Shown piece by piece: positions 8,491 to 18,239 of a stretch of 64,000 bases of DNA. A program made the translations under genes and the position numbers. Each line of letters starts with the position of its first letter. The first letter of the stretch is position 1. The notes under the pieces were generated by a model, which was given only the letters and a program-made list of their open reading frames with translations, was not told where the DNA came from and made no database searches. Source of the DNA: Candidatus Poribacteria bacterium (lineage in GTDB: Bacteria > Poribacteria > WGA-4E > PCPOR2b); contig JAJECO010000040.1 of NCBI GenBank assembly GCA_022822005.1, positions 192,090 to 256,089 on the forward strand, given 5' to 3'.

Positions 8491-9441
8491 TTAGAAACGG
8501 GTGTTTAAGAACACAAATGTCATATCAGTCGGGGGTGCCTCCGAAGCACTGAACAGATTGGATTCAGAAATCCGTTTTCGTAGCCTATCCCGGAGTTGAT
8601 TTTCGTGTTGGTGGTTAAATGCCCTTGCGTACTGTAAGCTATCATAAATATTACTGACATAAAAAAAGAGTCCAATTATACCCACTGGAATTGCGATCTC
8701 GTAGCGTTCCTGATCGATGTAGTAAGCTGTGCCTGCAGCAGTAGCACCGATAACCAAAAGGGAGCACACTCCAGACGAATAATGTCCACTATAAATTTGT
8801 CCCAGTCCCGGAAACAATGTTGAGAGTAAGCCTGCGGTGCGGGGAGATCGACGAGGGAGCGATTCTGCCTGTTGAGCTATACGAATCAGCTGATCACTCA
8901 TTTCCGCAAAAGGTGTTTGTGAATACCGTGCCCGGACGTGTTGCCACTCCTGTGTTGCAGCTGTCCAATCTTTTCTGTCCATATAGATTGTTGCGATAAT
9001 AAACTGCGCCCGTGGTGCTAATTCGCTCATCGGGTAGTCCGATAAGAATTGTCGCAACGATGCGATTGATGTGGCTTGATTGCCGTTCAGGAGGTGGCAT
9101 TGGGCGATATTCGATCGAGCACGCTCGATGAATGGGCTTTGCGGATAGTTCTGAATCAACGATTGGTAGGCTTCTATCGCTGTCTCCAATTGCCCCATAT
9201 TCTGATGCGCTGCAGCGATATGGAGTTGAACAAAATCTGCTTGGGCTGTATTCGGGTAGAGGAAGAGGTAGCGCTGATATTCATGCAAAGCATTCAGGTA
9301 ATCCCCTTCGCGAAAAAGGGATTGTGCAAAACCTAATAGGTTATCAGCATTAAAGGTTTGTGAATGGACAAAAAAAGGTAAGATTAGAAAAAGGCAGAGC
9401 GAACACCAACAGAGGAAAAAAAAGGGGGACATCAATTTCAT
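8491..9441 (-). CDS. TPR-repeat protein with signal peptide and C-terminal membrane segment (paralog of 7520..8485)
   Basis: N-terminal MKLMSPFFFLCWCSLCLFLILPFFVHSQ signal peptide. TPR helices. C-terminal SPRTAGLLSTLFPGLGQIYSGH motif shared with the downstream paralog. Confidence 0.65.
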   Translation of the reverse strand: MKLMSPFFFLCWCSLCLFLILPFFVHSQTFNADNLLGFAQSLFREGDYLNALHEYQRYLFLYPNTAQADFVQLHIAAAHQNMGQLETAIEAYQSLIQNYPQSPFIERARSNIAQCHLLNGNQATSIASLRQFLSDYPMSELAPRAQFIIATIYMDRKDWTAATQEWQHVRARYSQTPFAEMSDQLIRIAQQAESLPRRSPRTAGLLSTLFPGLGQIYSGHYSSGVCSLLVIGATAAGTAYYIDQERYEIAIPVGIIGLFFYVSNIYDSLQYARAFNHQHENQLRDRLRKRISESNLFSASEAPPTDMTFVFLNTRF

Positions 9442-9534
9442 GTGAACATTAGCGTAAAAAGTTTACCGGGTGAACGTTCCGGCGCAACTTGGGGGTCGAA
9501 GGGGTATGCTTTATTGATTCAGCCGAACAGCCTT

Positions 9535-10188
9535 TTAGCCTGATGAAGCTGCTTCGCGCAGGGCGCGGATTGCGCCTCGGAGGTCATCCTGCCCGAAGAT
9601 TGCGGTGCCAGCCACTAAAATTGTCGCCCCACAGCGTCCAACCAATGCTGCAGTCTCTTGGTTGATTCCACCGTCAACCTCAATTGCGATGTCCAGTTTC
9701 CGGGTTTGAATCAGCAGGCGTAGTTGGTTAATCTTGTTGAGCGTGTCTGTTTGGAACGCCTGACCACCAAATCCAGGTTCAACGCTCATTGGCAAGACCA
9801 AGTCAATATCATCGAGATATGGTTCAACTGCTGCGATAGGTGTCTTGGGACGTAGGGCGATGCCAACTTTGACACCGCTGTTTTTAATCTGATCGATAAT
9901 CGTTGGGAACTGCTCCTCGAGTTCAATGTGAACTGTGATAAGATCTGAACCAGCATCAACAAAAGCATCAATATACGCTTGTGGTTCAGTAATCATCAGG
10001 TGTACATCAAAAGGTAGGTCTGTATAGGATCGGATCGATTTGATAAGTTGAGGTCCCATTGTTAAGTTGGGCACAAAGTGCCCATCCATCACATCAAGGT
10101 GGATGAGATCCGCCCCCGCTTCAACTACTCGGTGCACCTCCTCGCCGATTCGGCTGAAATCTGATGCGAGCATGGAGGGTGCGATCAT
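9535..10188 (-). CDS. rpe: Ribulose-phosphate 3-epimerase
   Basis: MIAPSMLASDFSRIGEE...HLDVMDGHFVPNLTMGP...DVHLMI, canonical Rpe motifs. Confidence 0.9.
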   Translation of the reverse strand: MIAPSMLASDFSRIGEEVHRVVEAGADLIHLDVMDGHFVPNLTMGPQLIKSIRSYTDLPFDVHLMITEPQAYIDAFVDAGSDLITVHIELEEQFPTIIDQIKNSGVKVGIALRPKTPIAAVEPYLDDIDLVLPMSVEPGFGGQAFQTDTLNKINQLRLLIQTRKLDIAIEVDGGINQETAALVGRCGATILVAGTAIFGQDDLRGAIRALREAASSG

Positions 10189-10224
10189 AATTTCTCGGTC
10201 TGACAATTGCCTACCTCCCAGTCC

Positions 10225-11202
10225 CTATCTAACTTCTGTTTTGACTAACACGTTATCTTCATAGATACGCATCGTTGCTTTACCCACAACACGCTCCGGT
10301 GGCTTCTCAATAAATGTACCGGACTTATACCACCCATCAACAACTTTTATCAGCTTTTTGCGCTCATCCTCTATCACAATCCGCACCCGTTTGTGAGATG
10401 CGCCGGTCAAGGAAATCGTGTGTTTTATCTCCAGAAAGCCTCCCTTGTCTTCCTTCTTTTGTTGGGATCCGCTAACTTCAAGATTGACCGCCTGTCCAAC
10501 CCGAAGCAGCTCACCAGCATCGGGCTGATGATTTATGATCACGCCCTGATCAATTTCCGGGTGCGGTTTATACACCAGATCACCAATTCGCAGCCCGTGT
10601 AACTCGAGTAAGGAACGTGCCTTATCAATTGATACAAGGTGGAGGTCGGGCATTCGAAATAACTTCGGACGGATACCTAAGCTTAACAGCAGATGGATTT
10701 CACTATCATACGGACGCAGTGTCTTAGCCCGAGGAGTTTGCGCAATGACAGTGTCGGCTTTCGGATATCGATCCGTGTAGACTGCTGCGACCCGCCCTCG
10801 TCGCAATCCAACGTCCGCAAGTAAAATCTCGGCATCGCCCACTAACATCCCTGCAACGTCGGGGACCGCTACTTGTTCACTACCTGAACTCAACGTAAGC
10901 CGGATGGGCTTGTTCAATTTAATCTTGAAATTCGCTGATGGATCTTGCTCGATAACCTGCCCAACTGGAAAGTCGGGGCTTGGCTTTTGTTCTTGGACCG
11001 GATCGACCGTCAACCCTGAACTCGTGATCAACAATACAGCTTGTTGGTAACTTTGTCCGATTAAGTTGGGCACGGCAACTTCCGGGGTATTAACCTGACG
11101 CGGAATGATCCAAAAGACAAACACCAACCCAACAACACCAACCACTACAAGAGCAAACAGTAAAACCTTAGCGACAGCAAATAATATGGCATTCAGGCGC
11201 AT
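10225..11202 (-). CDS. PASTA-domain protein (N-terminal TM anchor plus three PASTA repeats), no kinase or PBP domain
   Basis: N-terminal hydrophobic helix LLFALVVVGVVGLVFVFWII, then three repeats beginning VAVPNLIGQSY..., VAVPDVAGMLVGDAEILLADVGL..., FRMPDLHLVSIDKARSLLELHGL... Confidence 0.65.
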   Translation of the reverse strand: MRLNAILFAVAKVLLFALVVVGVVGLVFVFWIIPRQVNTPEVAVPNLIGQSYQQAVLLITSSGLTVDPVQEQKPSPDFPVGQVIEQDPSANFKIKLNKPIRLTLSSGSEQVAVPDVAGMLVGDAEILLADVGLRRGRVAAVYTDRYPKADTVIAQTPRAKTLRPYDSEIHLLLSLGIRPKLFRMPDLHLVSIDKARSLLELHGLRIGDLVYKPHPEIDQGVIINHQPDAGELLRVGQAVNLEVSGSQQKKEDKGGFLEIKHTISLTGASHKRVRIVIEDERKKLIKVVDGWYKSGTFIEKPPERVVGKATMRIYEDNVLVKTEVR

Positions 11203-11215
11203 ATTCGACCTATTA

Positions 11216-12247
11216 TTAATTTATTGGCGTTTCCTTGCGAAAAAGCCGATCCCCAGTTTTCAACCGATACCCATTCATAAAAGCACCGATGTCCATTTCC
11301 TTCTTATTTGCGGGTTGGACACGATTTAACCGTAAGTGCTTGCTCCCCAATTCGTCGTGTTCGTTTTGCTCCCCGATCCTATCCTGCCTGCCCTTCCCTG
11401 TAAAGACAACGAGCTCTTTGTTGGTGGTTATTTCGATTGTACCGCTGGGCAATCCTGCGGAATTCAGATGATCAATAACGGTACAATCAGTTATCTTTAA
11501 ACGAAAGTCAGGGTCTACAGAGTGCTTACCTGCTTGTACCCACGTATACGCACCGGGCCACATCGAAACACCGCGCACCAAATTACGAATCCGATCTGCT
11601 GGCTGGTCCCAATCAATTTGACCAAGTTCCTTAGTGAGTCGAGGGGCATAGGTCGCTTGGGAGTGATCTTGAGGTTGATGCGGTGGTGGACCATCTGAGA
11701 CCTGCTCTAACACTTGAAGTAACAGGGAAGGTGCCAAATCTGCCAATCGAACTGAAAGGGTAGCAGCATCATCTAAAAGATCAATGGGTAGGCTTTGCTG
11801 CAAAATAATATCCCCAGTATCTTCACCTTCGTCGAGTAGCATGATTGTGATCCCTGTTTCCGTCTCACCGTGTATGAGTGCCCATTGAATCGGAGCAGCA
11901 CCGCGATATTTTGGCAGACACGAAGGATGCACATTGAGGCAGCCGAAACGAGGAAGTTCGAGCACAGATTTCGGAAGAATCTGCCCGAAGGCAACGACGA
12001 TAATTACGTCAGGTTGAAGTTCTTTAAGTACACGAACCGAATCGCGATCCCGAACTCGTTTCGGTTGATAAATCGGCAGATTGTGATTCGCGGCGGTAAC
12101 CTTGACGGGAGGTGGGGTAAGTCGCTTCCCCCTACCACTTGGACGATCTGGTTGTGTTACAACCCCAACGCAATCAAACCCCACCGCAATTAATTTTTCT
12201 AAACTCGGAACCGCAAATTCACTTGTTCCCATGAAGAGAATCTTCAT
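11216..12247 (-). CDS. fmt: Methionyl-tRNA formyltransferase
   Basis: MKILFMGTSEFAVPSL...VVTQPDRPSGRGK...NVHPSCLPKYRGAAPIQWALI. Start at MKILFMG overlaps the def stop by about 29 nt. Has a C-terminal extension of about 40 aa. Confidence 0.9.
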   Translation of the reverse strand: MKILFMGTSEFAVPSLEKLIAVGFDCVGVVTQPDRPSGRGKRLTPPPVKVTAANHNLPIYQPKRVRDRDSVRVLKELQPDVIIVVAFGQILPKSVLELPRFGCLNVHPSCLPKYRGAAPIQWALIHGETETGITIMLLDEGEDTGDIILQQSLPIDLLDDAATLSVRLADLAPSLLLQVLEQVSDGPPPHQPQDHSQATYAPRLTKELGQIDWDQPADRIRNLVRGVSMWPGAYTWVQAGKHSVDPDFRLKITDCTVIDHLNSAGLPSGTIEITTNKELVVFTGKGRQDRIGEQNEHDELGSKHLRLNRVQPANKKEMDIGAFMNGYRLKTGDRLFRKETPIN

Positions 12248-12758
12248 TTTCATCACCGCTTTTTTCACATGATTCCGGTCCAGTTTCAAGCAGTTCTTGA
12301 TCTTCGGGGCGCAGCAAATCGGTGAACAAAATCCCGTTTAGGTGGTCAATTTCATGTTGCAATACCCGTGCCATTAAATGAGCAGCGTCAAACTCAATTT
12401 TGTTGCCATTCGGCAGCAATCCTTCCACCTTCACCATCGCAGATCGCCGAACCATTCCTCGCACTCCCGGCAAACTTAGGCAGCCTTCTTCGCCCAGCTC
12501 TTCACCAACGGTCAGTGTAAGGACAGGATTTATCAATGCAATCCGCGGGTACTCCGGATGATGTTTTTCAATGTCAATGACGATGATTCTTTTGGATACA
12601 CCGACCTGCGGCGCTGCCAAACCGATTCCTTGTGCCTCGTACATCGTCTCAAACATATCTTCGATGAACGGATGTAAATCTGCGTCAATTTCTTGGATAA
12701 GAGCAGCTTTTTGCCGCAAGACGGGAGCATCGTTAGTTTGAATTTCTAAGACAGCCAT
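12219..12758 (-). CDS. def: Peptide deformylase
   Basis: GIGLAAPQVG, EGCLSLPG, QHEIDHLNG: all three Def motifs intact. Acidic C-terminal tail. Confidence 0.9.
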   Translation of the reverse strand: MAVLEIQTNDAPVLRQKAALIQEIDADLHPFIEDMFETMYEAQGIGLAAPQVGVSKRIIVIDIEKHHPEYPRIALINPVLTLTVGEELGEEGCLSLPGVRGMVRRSAMVKVEGLLPNGNKIEFDAAHLMARVLQHEIDHLNGILFTDLLRPEDQELLETGPESCEKSGDENEDSLHGNK

Positions 12759-12827
12759 ATCGTGAAGCGTAACGTGTGAAAGAGTAAGTCGATAAATGAA
12801 TTGAAGTATTCTGGGACCGTTAGCCTG

Positions 12828-13328
12828 TCAGAACCGAAGGTGAACGAGCGGCAAAATAAGGCCATCCGGTTCATCGAGTTCCCAATCATTCTGTCCGACA
12901 CCTTGGATCGGAGTTCGCTTGGGAGACGTTATACGTTGGGGCAAAGCTGGCATCAATTCTTCCGAAGGATTTTTGTCATGCGTATGTAGCCAATCCCAGA
13001 AACCGATAAAGAGGGCGAGTGACGCTGCGGATGCCCCGATAATTTTGAAATCTGTGCTCGAGAGTTCCGGCGCGAATTCATTTTGCCGAATCATTTGGAT
13101 GCCACGGACCCCTACATAGCTGTGAATCGCTGTAAACGGCAAAGCAATAATAGTAACAATTTCAAAACGACGTAGCGTGCTTTCATGGTAGACCTCGTCT
13201 GTTTGGCGATGGGCAGACGGCGTCCCTTCCTCCGGGTTCTCCTGATATTGGCCAAGCGCACTGCTTGCAATCAAAGCAGCTAACATCAGAACGATGAGTA
13301 ATCTAATTTTCGATCTGTTTCGATTCAT
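12828..13328 (-). CDS. Hypothetical secreted/membrane protein
   Basis: Signal peptide MNRNRSKIRLLIVLMLAALIASSALG plus two later hydrophobic segments. No recognisable family. Overlaps the lspA stop by about 26 nt. Confidence 0.4.
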   Translation of the reverse strand: MNRNRSKIRLLIVLMLAALIASSALGQYQENPEEGTPSAHRQTDEVYHESTLRRFEIVTIIALPFTAIHSYVGVRGIQMIRQNEFAPELSSTDFKIIGASAASLALFIGFWDWLHTHDKNPSEELMPALPQRITSPKRTPIQGVGQNDWELDEPDGLILPLVHLRF

Positions 13329-13821
13329 CGTAATCTCCCCGATGCTGAAATAGGTAAATCATCAACATGCCGGCACCGATACAAACAGCGATATCGGCAA
13401 CATTGAAGGTAGGCCACCAGAAACCGGGCAGCCGAAACTGAATAAAATCTGTGACTTCCCCCATGCGGATGCGGTCAATAAAGTTACCGAGGGCACCTCC
13501 AAGCAGAAAGCTGAGGGCAATCTTCATCCACAAACTCTCACGGAACTGCCTATAGTAATAGGCAATGAAGCCAATCGCAATAACCGAGATTATAATCAGT
13601 AGTAGACTTTGCCCCGGCATCAATCCAAACGCAGCACCGGTATTCGTGTCGTGGCGTAGATTCAATATACCCTGAATTATTACATGCTGACCATAACGCG
13701 GAATATTTTGTTGAATCAACCACTTAGTGAATTGATCTACCAATAGCAGAGGCAAAGCAACAGCAAATAGCGGTAAAATCAATTTTAGGACGTTTCTTTG
13801 CATTGGAAAATGCCCCTTCAA
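13303..13821 (-). CDS. lspA: Lipoprotein signal peptidase (signal peptidase II)
   Basis: ...NTGAAFG...LGGALGNFIDR...FNVADIAVCIGA, canonical LspA motifs including the catalytic Asp residues. Confidence 0.85.
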   Translation of the reverse strand: MKGHFPMQRNVLKLILPLFAVALPLLLVDQFTKWLIQQNIPRYGQHVIIQGILNLRHDTNTGAAFGLMPGQSLLLIIISVIAIGFIAYYYRQFRESLWMKIALSFLLGGALGNFIDRIRMGEVTDFIQFRLPGFWWPTFNVADIAVCIGAGMLMIYLFQHRGDYDESKQIEN

Positions 13822-13829
13822 CAGTTCCC

Positions 13830-16193
13830 TCAGAGTATATCTGTATCGGCAACGTAAGGAAAATTAGTATGGAAAATCCAATCTTTTAAGAAAATGCTCG
13901 ACAATTCAGACTCATCTTGGCTTGCGTCACTATCCGAAGGTGAAGTAGTATCCACCCGCGTTCGGATTAAGGCGTAGGTTTGTTCAGAGAAAAAAGGAAT
14001 GATTGGTGCGAACCGCTGTACCAAGACATATAAAATCTCCAAGAGCACCGCTTGGTTAGCTCTCTTTTCCTGCGCTTTTTTCGCCCCATTGGATAGATTA
14101 TCAAGGAATCGTTGAAGGTCTGATTGACAAAAGTCCCTTAGAAGGCACCACGCTTGATAATAGTCGCGTTGCTGATAGGCAAGACCTACGGATTCCATCA
14201 TCCTAGCCGTAGCAGCTAACTCCGGTGTATCCAACTTTGGTGCCAGTTCTCGCTGGCGTTCATGCGGATCAGGGGTAAAATCTTCTAGATAACTCAATAT
14301 CGTTGCACGAAGCTCTTGAATGGCAGAGTATTCTTGATGACACTGTTGGAAATCCGCCTCAATTGATGACACCTCCAAATTGGGTTGGAGGTAGAGCAAA
14401 CGCAGCACATCCTTTGGAAATTCATTCGTCCAACTTTGGTCGACATCAACCGATTGTACACTTGAACGATCTCCTACCAACTCCACATTCAGCGGATCCG
14501 CATCAGAGATAGCAATTGAAGTTAAAACGAACTGGGCGAACCACTTAGGAAACTGATGCGGGTAAAAGAAGTAAACATTAACTGGATTAATCTGATTTCC
14601 CTTGACTCCAAAATTGTTAATTGTGTTGAGCAGAATCGCGAAACGTCCATCAAGGGTTGTGAATTCTTTCCGAAAATCCTTCGCATCACAGTTAGAGCAT
14701 ATGGTGTTCGGAGGTAACAGATCCTCAGCACTCAACTTAAACCAAGTATCAGCACCGCGACGGCTTACCAGCGAACGGATGGCCTTGATAATCCGTGCGT
14801 CAGAAAGTTCTTTTCCACATTTTTGGCACTGAAAAATAGGAATCGGGGTCCCCCAACCGCTGTGGCGTGAAACCAGCAGCGGCGAAAGCTCTCGAATCGT
14901 TTGTTGTAGCCAGTCCCGATCTTTAGGACTATAGCATGTCAAATGTTCATCTGAGGAGAGCACACGCTCCCTCAATTGATTATTATCTAAGGAAAACACC
15001 CATTGTTGAACTGAGCGAAACAGGATTGGCATATCGCACCGCCAACAGTGAGGCTGGTGTACCTCCTCAAATCCTGCTGATATTAGATAGCCTCGTTTTT
15101 CCAATTCGAAACCAATGAATTTTCCGGAATCGGAAACTTCAAGACCACAAAACTGCTCGGAATCCTCTGTCAAACGTCCAGCATCATCAATAACCGACGT
15201 AATCGGCAGTTGCAAGGCTTGAGCAATCTGATAATCAATAGGGCGATGCCCTGGGGTGAGAGGCCTAACCCCGCTTGGCAGTTCAGGTATTTCGTCCAAT
15301 GTATCATCGCATTGAGAAGGATCCGGGATAACAACTATCGGCAGGTCTGCCCCTAGGAATGGATGGGCGCAAATGCAATCCATCAACACATCAACCGGAC
15401 AAATTTGTAATCGATTTATATCTGCCTCACAAGCTGATGAGAAGCAACCTGAAAGATCTTCCTCGGTGAGGAGAAGGATTTCACCTCCTATCTCAACCAT
15501 CCAATATTCGTCACTTTCCTGCAATCCAATGGCAATACTCCCGGCAAGATACCATAGATCCTGAAGCCATGCTAACAAGTAGACGTCCTCGCCAAACTCT
15601 TCTAGGCCGGTGCTAACCGGAAATTTGACATATCCAGCATACGCCGGGGCAGGGTGAATTTGCATTTCATCCACATCTAATACCGTATTACATTTCGGAC
15701 ACCAAGCCCCTAAGTCTTGATTCTTATGCAAATAACCTAATTCCTGCAATGTGCTGAAGGCATTTATAATTTTCGCTTCATCGCGCGAATCCAGAGTTTT
15801 ACCCCTCTTCCAATCGGCAAAAATGCCCAGCGCTCGCAGTTCGTTTTGTTGTCGTTCAACTTCACGCTGGAATTCACGTCGACACTGCCGGCGAAATCGG
15901 ATTGCATCAAACGTCCCGTCTTTGTACTCTCGACTCAACGCCTTTGTTTCGACAGCTGGAGTATAATAATCCCAATGTGGTATGTATTCTACCCCCATCC
16001 CTTGCATCATATTAGATTTAAGAAAGATGTCTTGGCAGACCTTGCCCTTAAGCATATCTATCTTCAAGTGATGGGTGACTGTTGGCATTTCGCGAAGAAT
16101 GTAGGGCGTGGATTTTGCTTGTTGGATCAGTTGGGCATAGATATTAGTCTCATCCCATAATTCCAAGATTTTTTCTTCAGTCAGCATTTTCAA
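13830..16193 (-). CDS. Isoleucyl-tRNA synthetase-like protein with degenerate catalytic, editing and KMSKS motifs (candidate pseudo-IleRS) in the conserved ileS-lspA position
   Basis: Colinear with IleRS: P-TVTHHLKIDMLKGKVCQDIFLKSNMMQGMGVEYIPHWDYYTPAVE aligns with PYANGxIHIGHALNKILKDIIVR..GYDAPYVPGWDCHGLPIE. CP1 region ...HCWRCDMPILFRSVQQWVFSLD...SRHSGWGTPIPIF matches IleRS. HIGH is replaced by HHLK. The KMSKS region reads GDRSSVQSVDVDQSW. The editing TTTPW peptide is replaced by LQDLW. 787 aa versus more than 900 for bacterial IleRS. Located 8 nt upstream of lspA. Confidence 0.6.
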   Translation of the reverse strand: MKMLTEEKILELWDETNIYAQLIQQAKSTPYILREMPTVTHHLKIDMLKGKVCQDIFLKSNMMQGMGVEYIPHWDYYTPAVETKALSREYKDGTFDAIRFRRQCRREFQREVERQQNELRALGIFADWKRGKTLDSRDEAKIINAFSTLQELGYLHKNQDLGAWCPKCNTVLDVDEMQIHPAPAYAGYVKFPVSTGLEEFGEDVYLLAWLQDLWYLAGSIAIGLQESDEYWMVEIGGEILLLTEEDLSGCFSSACEADINRLQICPVDVLMDCICAHPFLGADLPIVVIPDPSQCDDTLDEIPELPSGVRPLTPGHRPIDYQIAQALQLPITSVIDDAGRLTEDSEQFCGLEVSDSGKFIGFELEKRGYLISAGFEEVHQPHCWRCDMPILFRSVQQWVFSLDNNQLRERVLSSDEHLTCYSPKDRDWLQQTIRELSPLLVSRHSGWGTPIPIFQCQKCGKELSDARIIKAIRSLVSRRGADTWFKLSAEDLLPPNTICSNCDAKDFRKEFTTLDGRFAILLNTINNFGVKGNQINPVNVYFFYPHQFPKWFAQFVLTSIAISDADPLNVELVGDRSSVQSVDVDQSWTNEFPKDVLRLLYLQPNLEVSSIEADFQQCHQEYSAIQELRATILSYLEDFTPDPHERQRELAPKLDTPELAATARMMESVGLAYQQRDYYQAWCLLRDFCQSDLQRFLDNLSNGAKKAQEKRANQAVLLEILYVLVQRFAPIIPFFSEQTYALIRTRVDTTSPSDSDASQDESELSSIFLKDWIFHTNFPYVADTDIL

Positions 16194-16252
16194 CCACCAT
16201 TAGGACGCAAGGAATAGTTACCAGAATTAAGGACTTCTGAACAGATGAACGC

Positions 16253-16525
16253 TTAAAAAGTTTGCCCCAACATACTCTGTAATATTCTTAAAAAGATTAG
16301 TAAAATGAGGGGGGAGATGTCAATCCCCAAGCCCCCTGTCATGGGGCGTAGGACACGGCGAATTGGATCTAGGGCTGGATCAACAAATCGGTTTGTCAGC
16401 CAATAAATTTGTCTTACTGTCGTATTACCAGATAAGTTCACAACCCAAGATAGTATAACGTTAGCAAACACAATAATTGAATAAATCCCAAGCAGTTCAA
16501 TAAACAGAGGTATTAATACTTCCAT
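16253..16525 (-). CDS. YggT family membrane protein
   Basis: MEVLIPLFIELLGIYSIIVFANVILSWV...FVDPALDPIRRVLRP...GIDISPL, YggT/Ycf19 signature. Located next to proC and YggS, as in many bacteria. Confidence 0.7.
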   Translation of the reverse strand: MEVLIPLFIELLGIYSIIVFANVILSWVVNLSGNTTVRQIYWLTNRFVDPALDPIRRVLRPMTGGLGIDISPLILLIFLRILQSMLGQTF

Positions 16526-16549
16526 GGTCGAGATCCCTTCCAATCTCAC

Positions 16550-17365
16550 TCAATTTGCAAGCTCTTCGGAGCGCTTTGTAGCGGCACTCACAGCATCAGC
16601 GATAATTGCTCGCAGGCGCCCATTCTCCAGTGCATATAATCCTGCCGCTGTTGTCCCACCTGGCGTTGTCACTCGGTTTTTTAGCACTGCCGGATGTTCG
16701 TCCGTTTCCTCAAGCATTCTACATGCTCCGAGCACGGTTTGTAGGGCAAGTTGATATGCATCGGGACGAGTCAATCCAACCTGTACCCCTGCATCAGCGA
16801 AGGCCTCAACGAATAGGAACACGAAAGCAGGACCGCTGCCGCTTAAACCGGTGACAGCATTTAAATGTCTCTCTTCCATGACTACCGATTTACCCGCAGC
16901 GTTGAAAATTTCTTCCGCTATAGCGAGGTGTTTAGTTGTAGCGGCACTTCCCGCCGCGATTGCGGAGATCGCTTCTCCCACAGAGGCAGCGATATTGGGC
17001 ATCACACGGACGATTGGCGGCAACGGAGAGGTGAAGTAGGATTCTAGTTGGGGTGTTGAGACACCTGCCGCAATGGAGATAATCCACTGGGCAGAAGGTT
17101 GGAGGGTGGCAGCAATCTCCGGGAAGACATCTGGAACGTTATTCGGCTTGGCAGCATATAGCACACAATCCACATTCTCTATTAATTGGGGTATATTTTC
17201 CGCACTGTTGACACCTAACTCCTCGCACAGTTGGTCAACGAGTGGCCGATAGACATCTGTTATCCAAACCTGCTCAGGCGGTAGCAAATCACGCACAACG
17301 CCTTTGACAATTGCACCTCCCATGTTGCCAACAGCGACGAAACCGATTCGAAGTTTTGTATCCAA
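16550..17365 (-). CDS. proC: Pyrroline-5-carboxylate reductase
   Basis: IGFVAVGNMGGAI...RVMPNIAASVGE...GSGPAFVFLFVEA...TPGGTT, canonical ProC. Confidence 0.9.
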   Translation of the reverse strand: MDTKLRIGFVAVGNMGGAIVKGVVRDLLPPEQVWITDVYRPLVDQLCEELGVNSAENIPQLIENVDCVLYAAKPNNVPDVFPEIAATLQPSAQWIISIAAGVSTPQLESYFTSPLPPIVRVMPNIAASVGEAISAIAAGSAATTKHLAIAEEIFNAAGKSVVMEERHLNAVTGLSGSGPAFVFLFVEAFADAGVQVGLTRPDAYQLALQTVLGACRMLEETDEHPAVLKNRVTTPGGTTAAGLYALENGRLRAIIADAVSAATKRSEELAN

Positions 17366-17386
17366 AGTGCTACGCTCCTATCTACG

Positions 17387-18085
17387 TCAAACGTCTTGTT
17401 CTCGCTCTCCAAAAATTGCAGTCCCAACCCTGATGAGATTTGCACCCTCCTCAATGGCAATCTCAAAATCGTTAGTCATTCCCATTGACAGGCTATCCAT
17501 TTCAACGGTTGGAAACTGCTGGGCAATAACTTTCTCCTGGAGTTGCCGCAGCAATACAAACATTGGACGCACCGCTTCGGGATCTGGTAGGAAAGCACCA
17601 ATTGTCATCAATCCTTTGATCCGAACATGGGGAAAAGGCTGTGCACTTTCGATGAAGTCTAACGTCTGATCAGGTTCCAGACCGTATTTGCTGGGTTCGG
17701 CGGAGGTATTGACCTGAATCAGAACCTCAGTCGTACGATTCAACTCAGCAGATCGTCGATCTATTTCAGCGAGGAGGCGAGGGCTATCCACAGAGTGGAT
17801 GAGATCAAAAATCTGTAAAGCTTGTTTCACTTTGTTCCGTTGCAGATGACCGACCAAATGCCACTTTACAGGATCGTCAATTTGGGGGTGTTTACTCTGT
17901 GCTTCTTGGACGCGATTCTCACCAATGTCTGTAATTCCAGCGTTAATCGCTTCGACAATTAGACTGACAGGCTTGGTTTTAGATACGGCAACGAGATCTA
18001 TTGAACTTGGGTCGCGTCCAATGCGCGCGGCAGCTGCAGCAATCCGATCTTGAATCCGTGAAAGATTTTCGTGAATAGAAGCCAT
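17387..18085 (-). CDS. YggS family pyridoxal phosphate homeostasis protein
   Basis: LVAVSKTKP PLP lysine, VGHLQRNK, SMGMTNDFEIAIEEGANLIRVGTAIFG. Confidence 0.85.
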   Translation of the reverse strand: MASIHENLSRIQDRIAAAAARIGRDPSSIDLVAVSKTKPVSLIVEAINAGITDIGENRVQEAQSKHPQIDDPVKWHLVGHLQRNKVKQALQIFDLIHSVDSPRLLAEIDRRSAELNRTTEVLIQVNTSAEPSKYGLEPDQTLDFIESAQPFPHVRIKGLMTIGAFLPDPEAVRPMFVLLRQLQEKVIAQQFPTVEMDSLSMGMTNDFEIAIEEGANLIRVGTAIFGEREQDV

Positions 18086-18239
18086 TGTCTTCCTCCTGCA
18101 AGAACGAATTAACAGAGATGTGTGAAACGGCTAAATAATAGCATATTTTACGGAGCGATTGCAAGACCAACCTGAAAGGGTATCGACCATGACTCGAAGT
18201 TACCCGTAAGGAGTTAGTAGCCACTTCTCGGTTACAATT

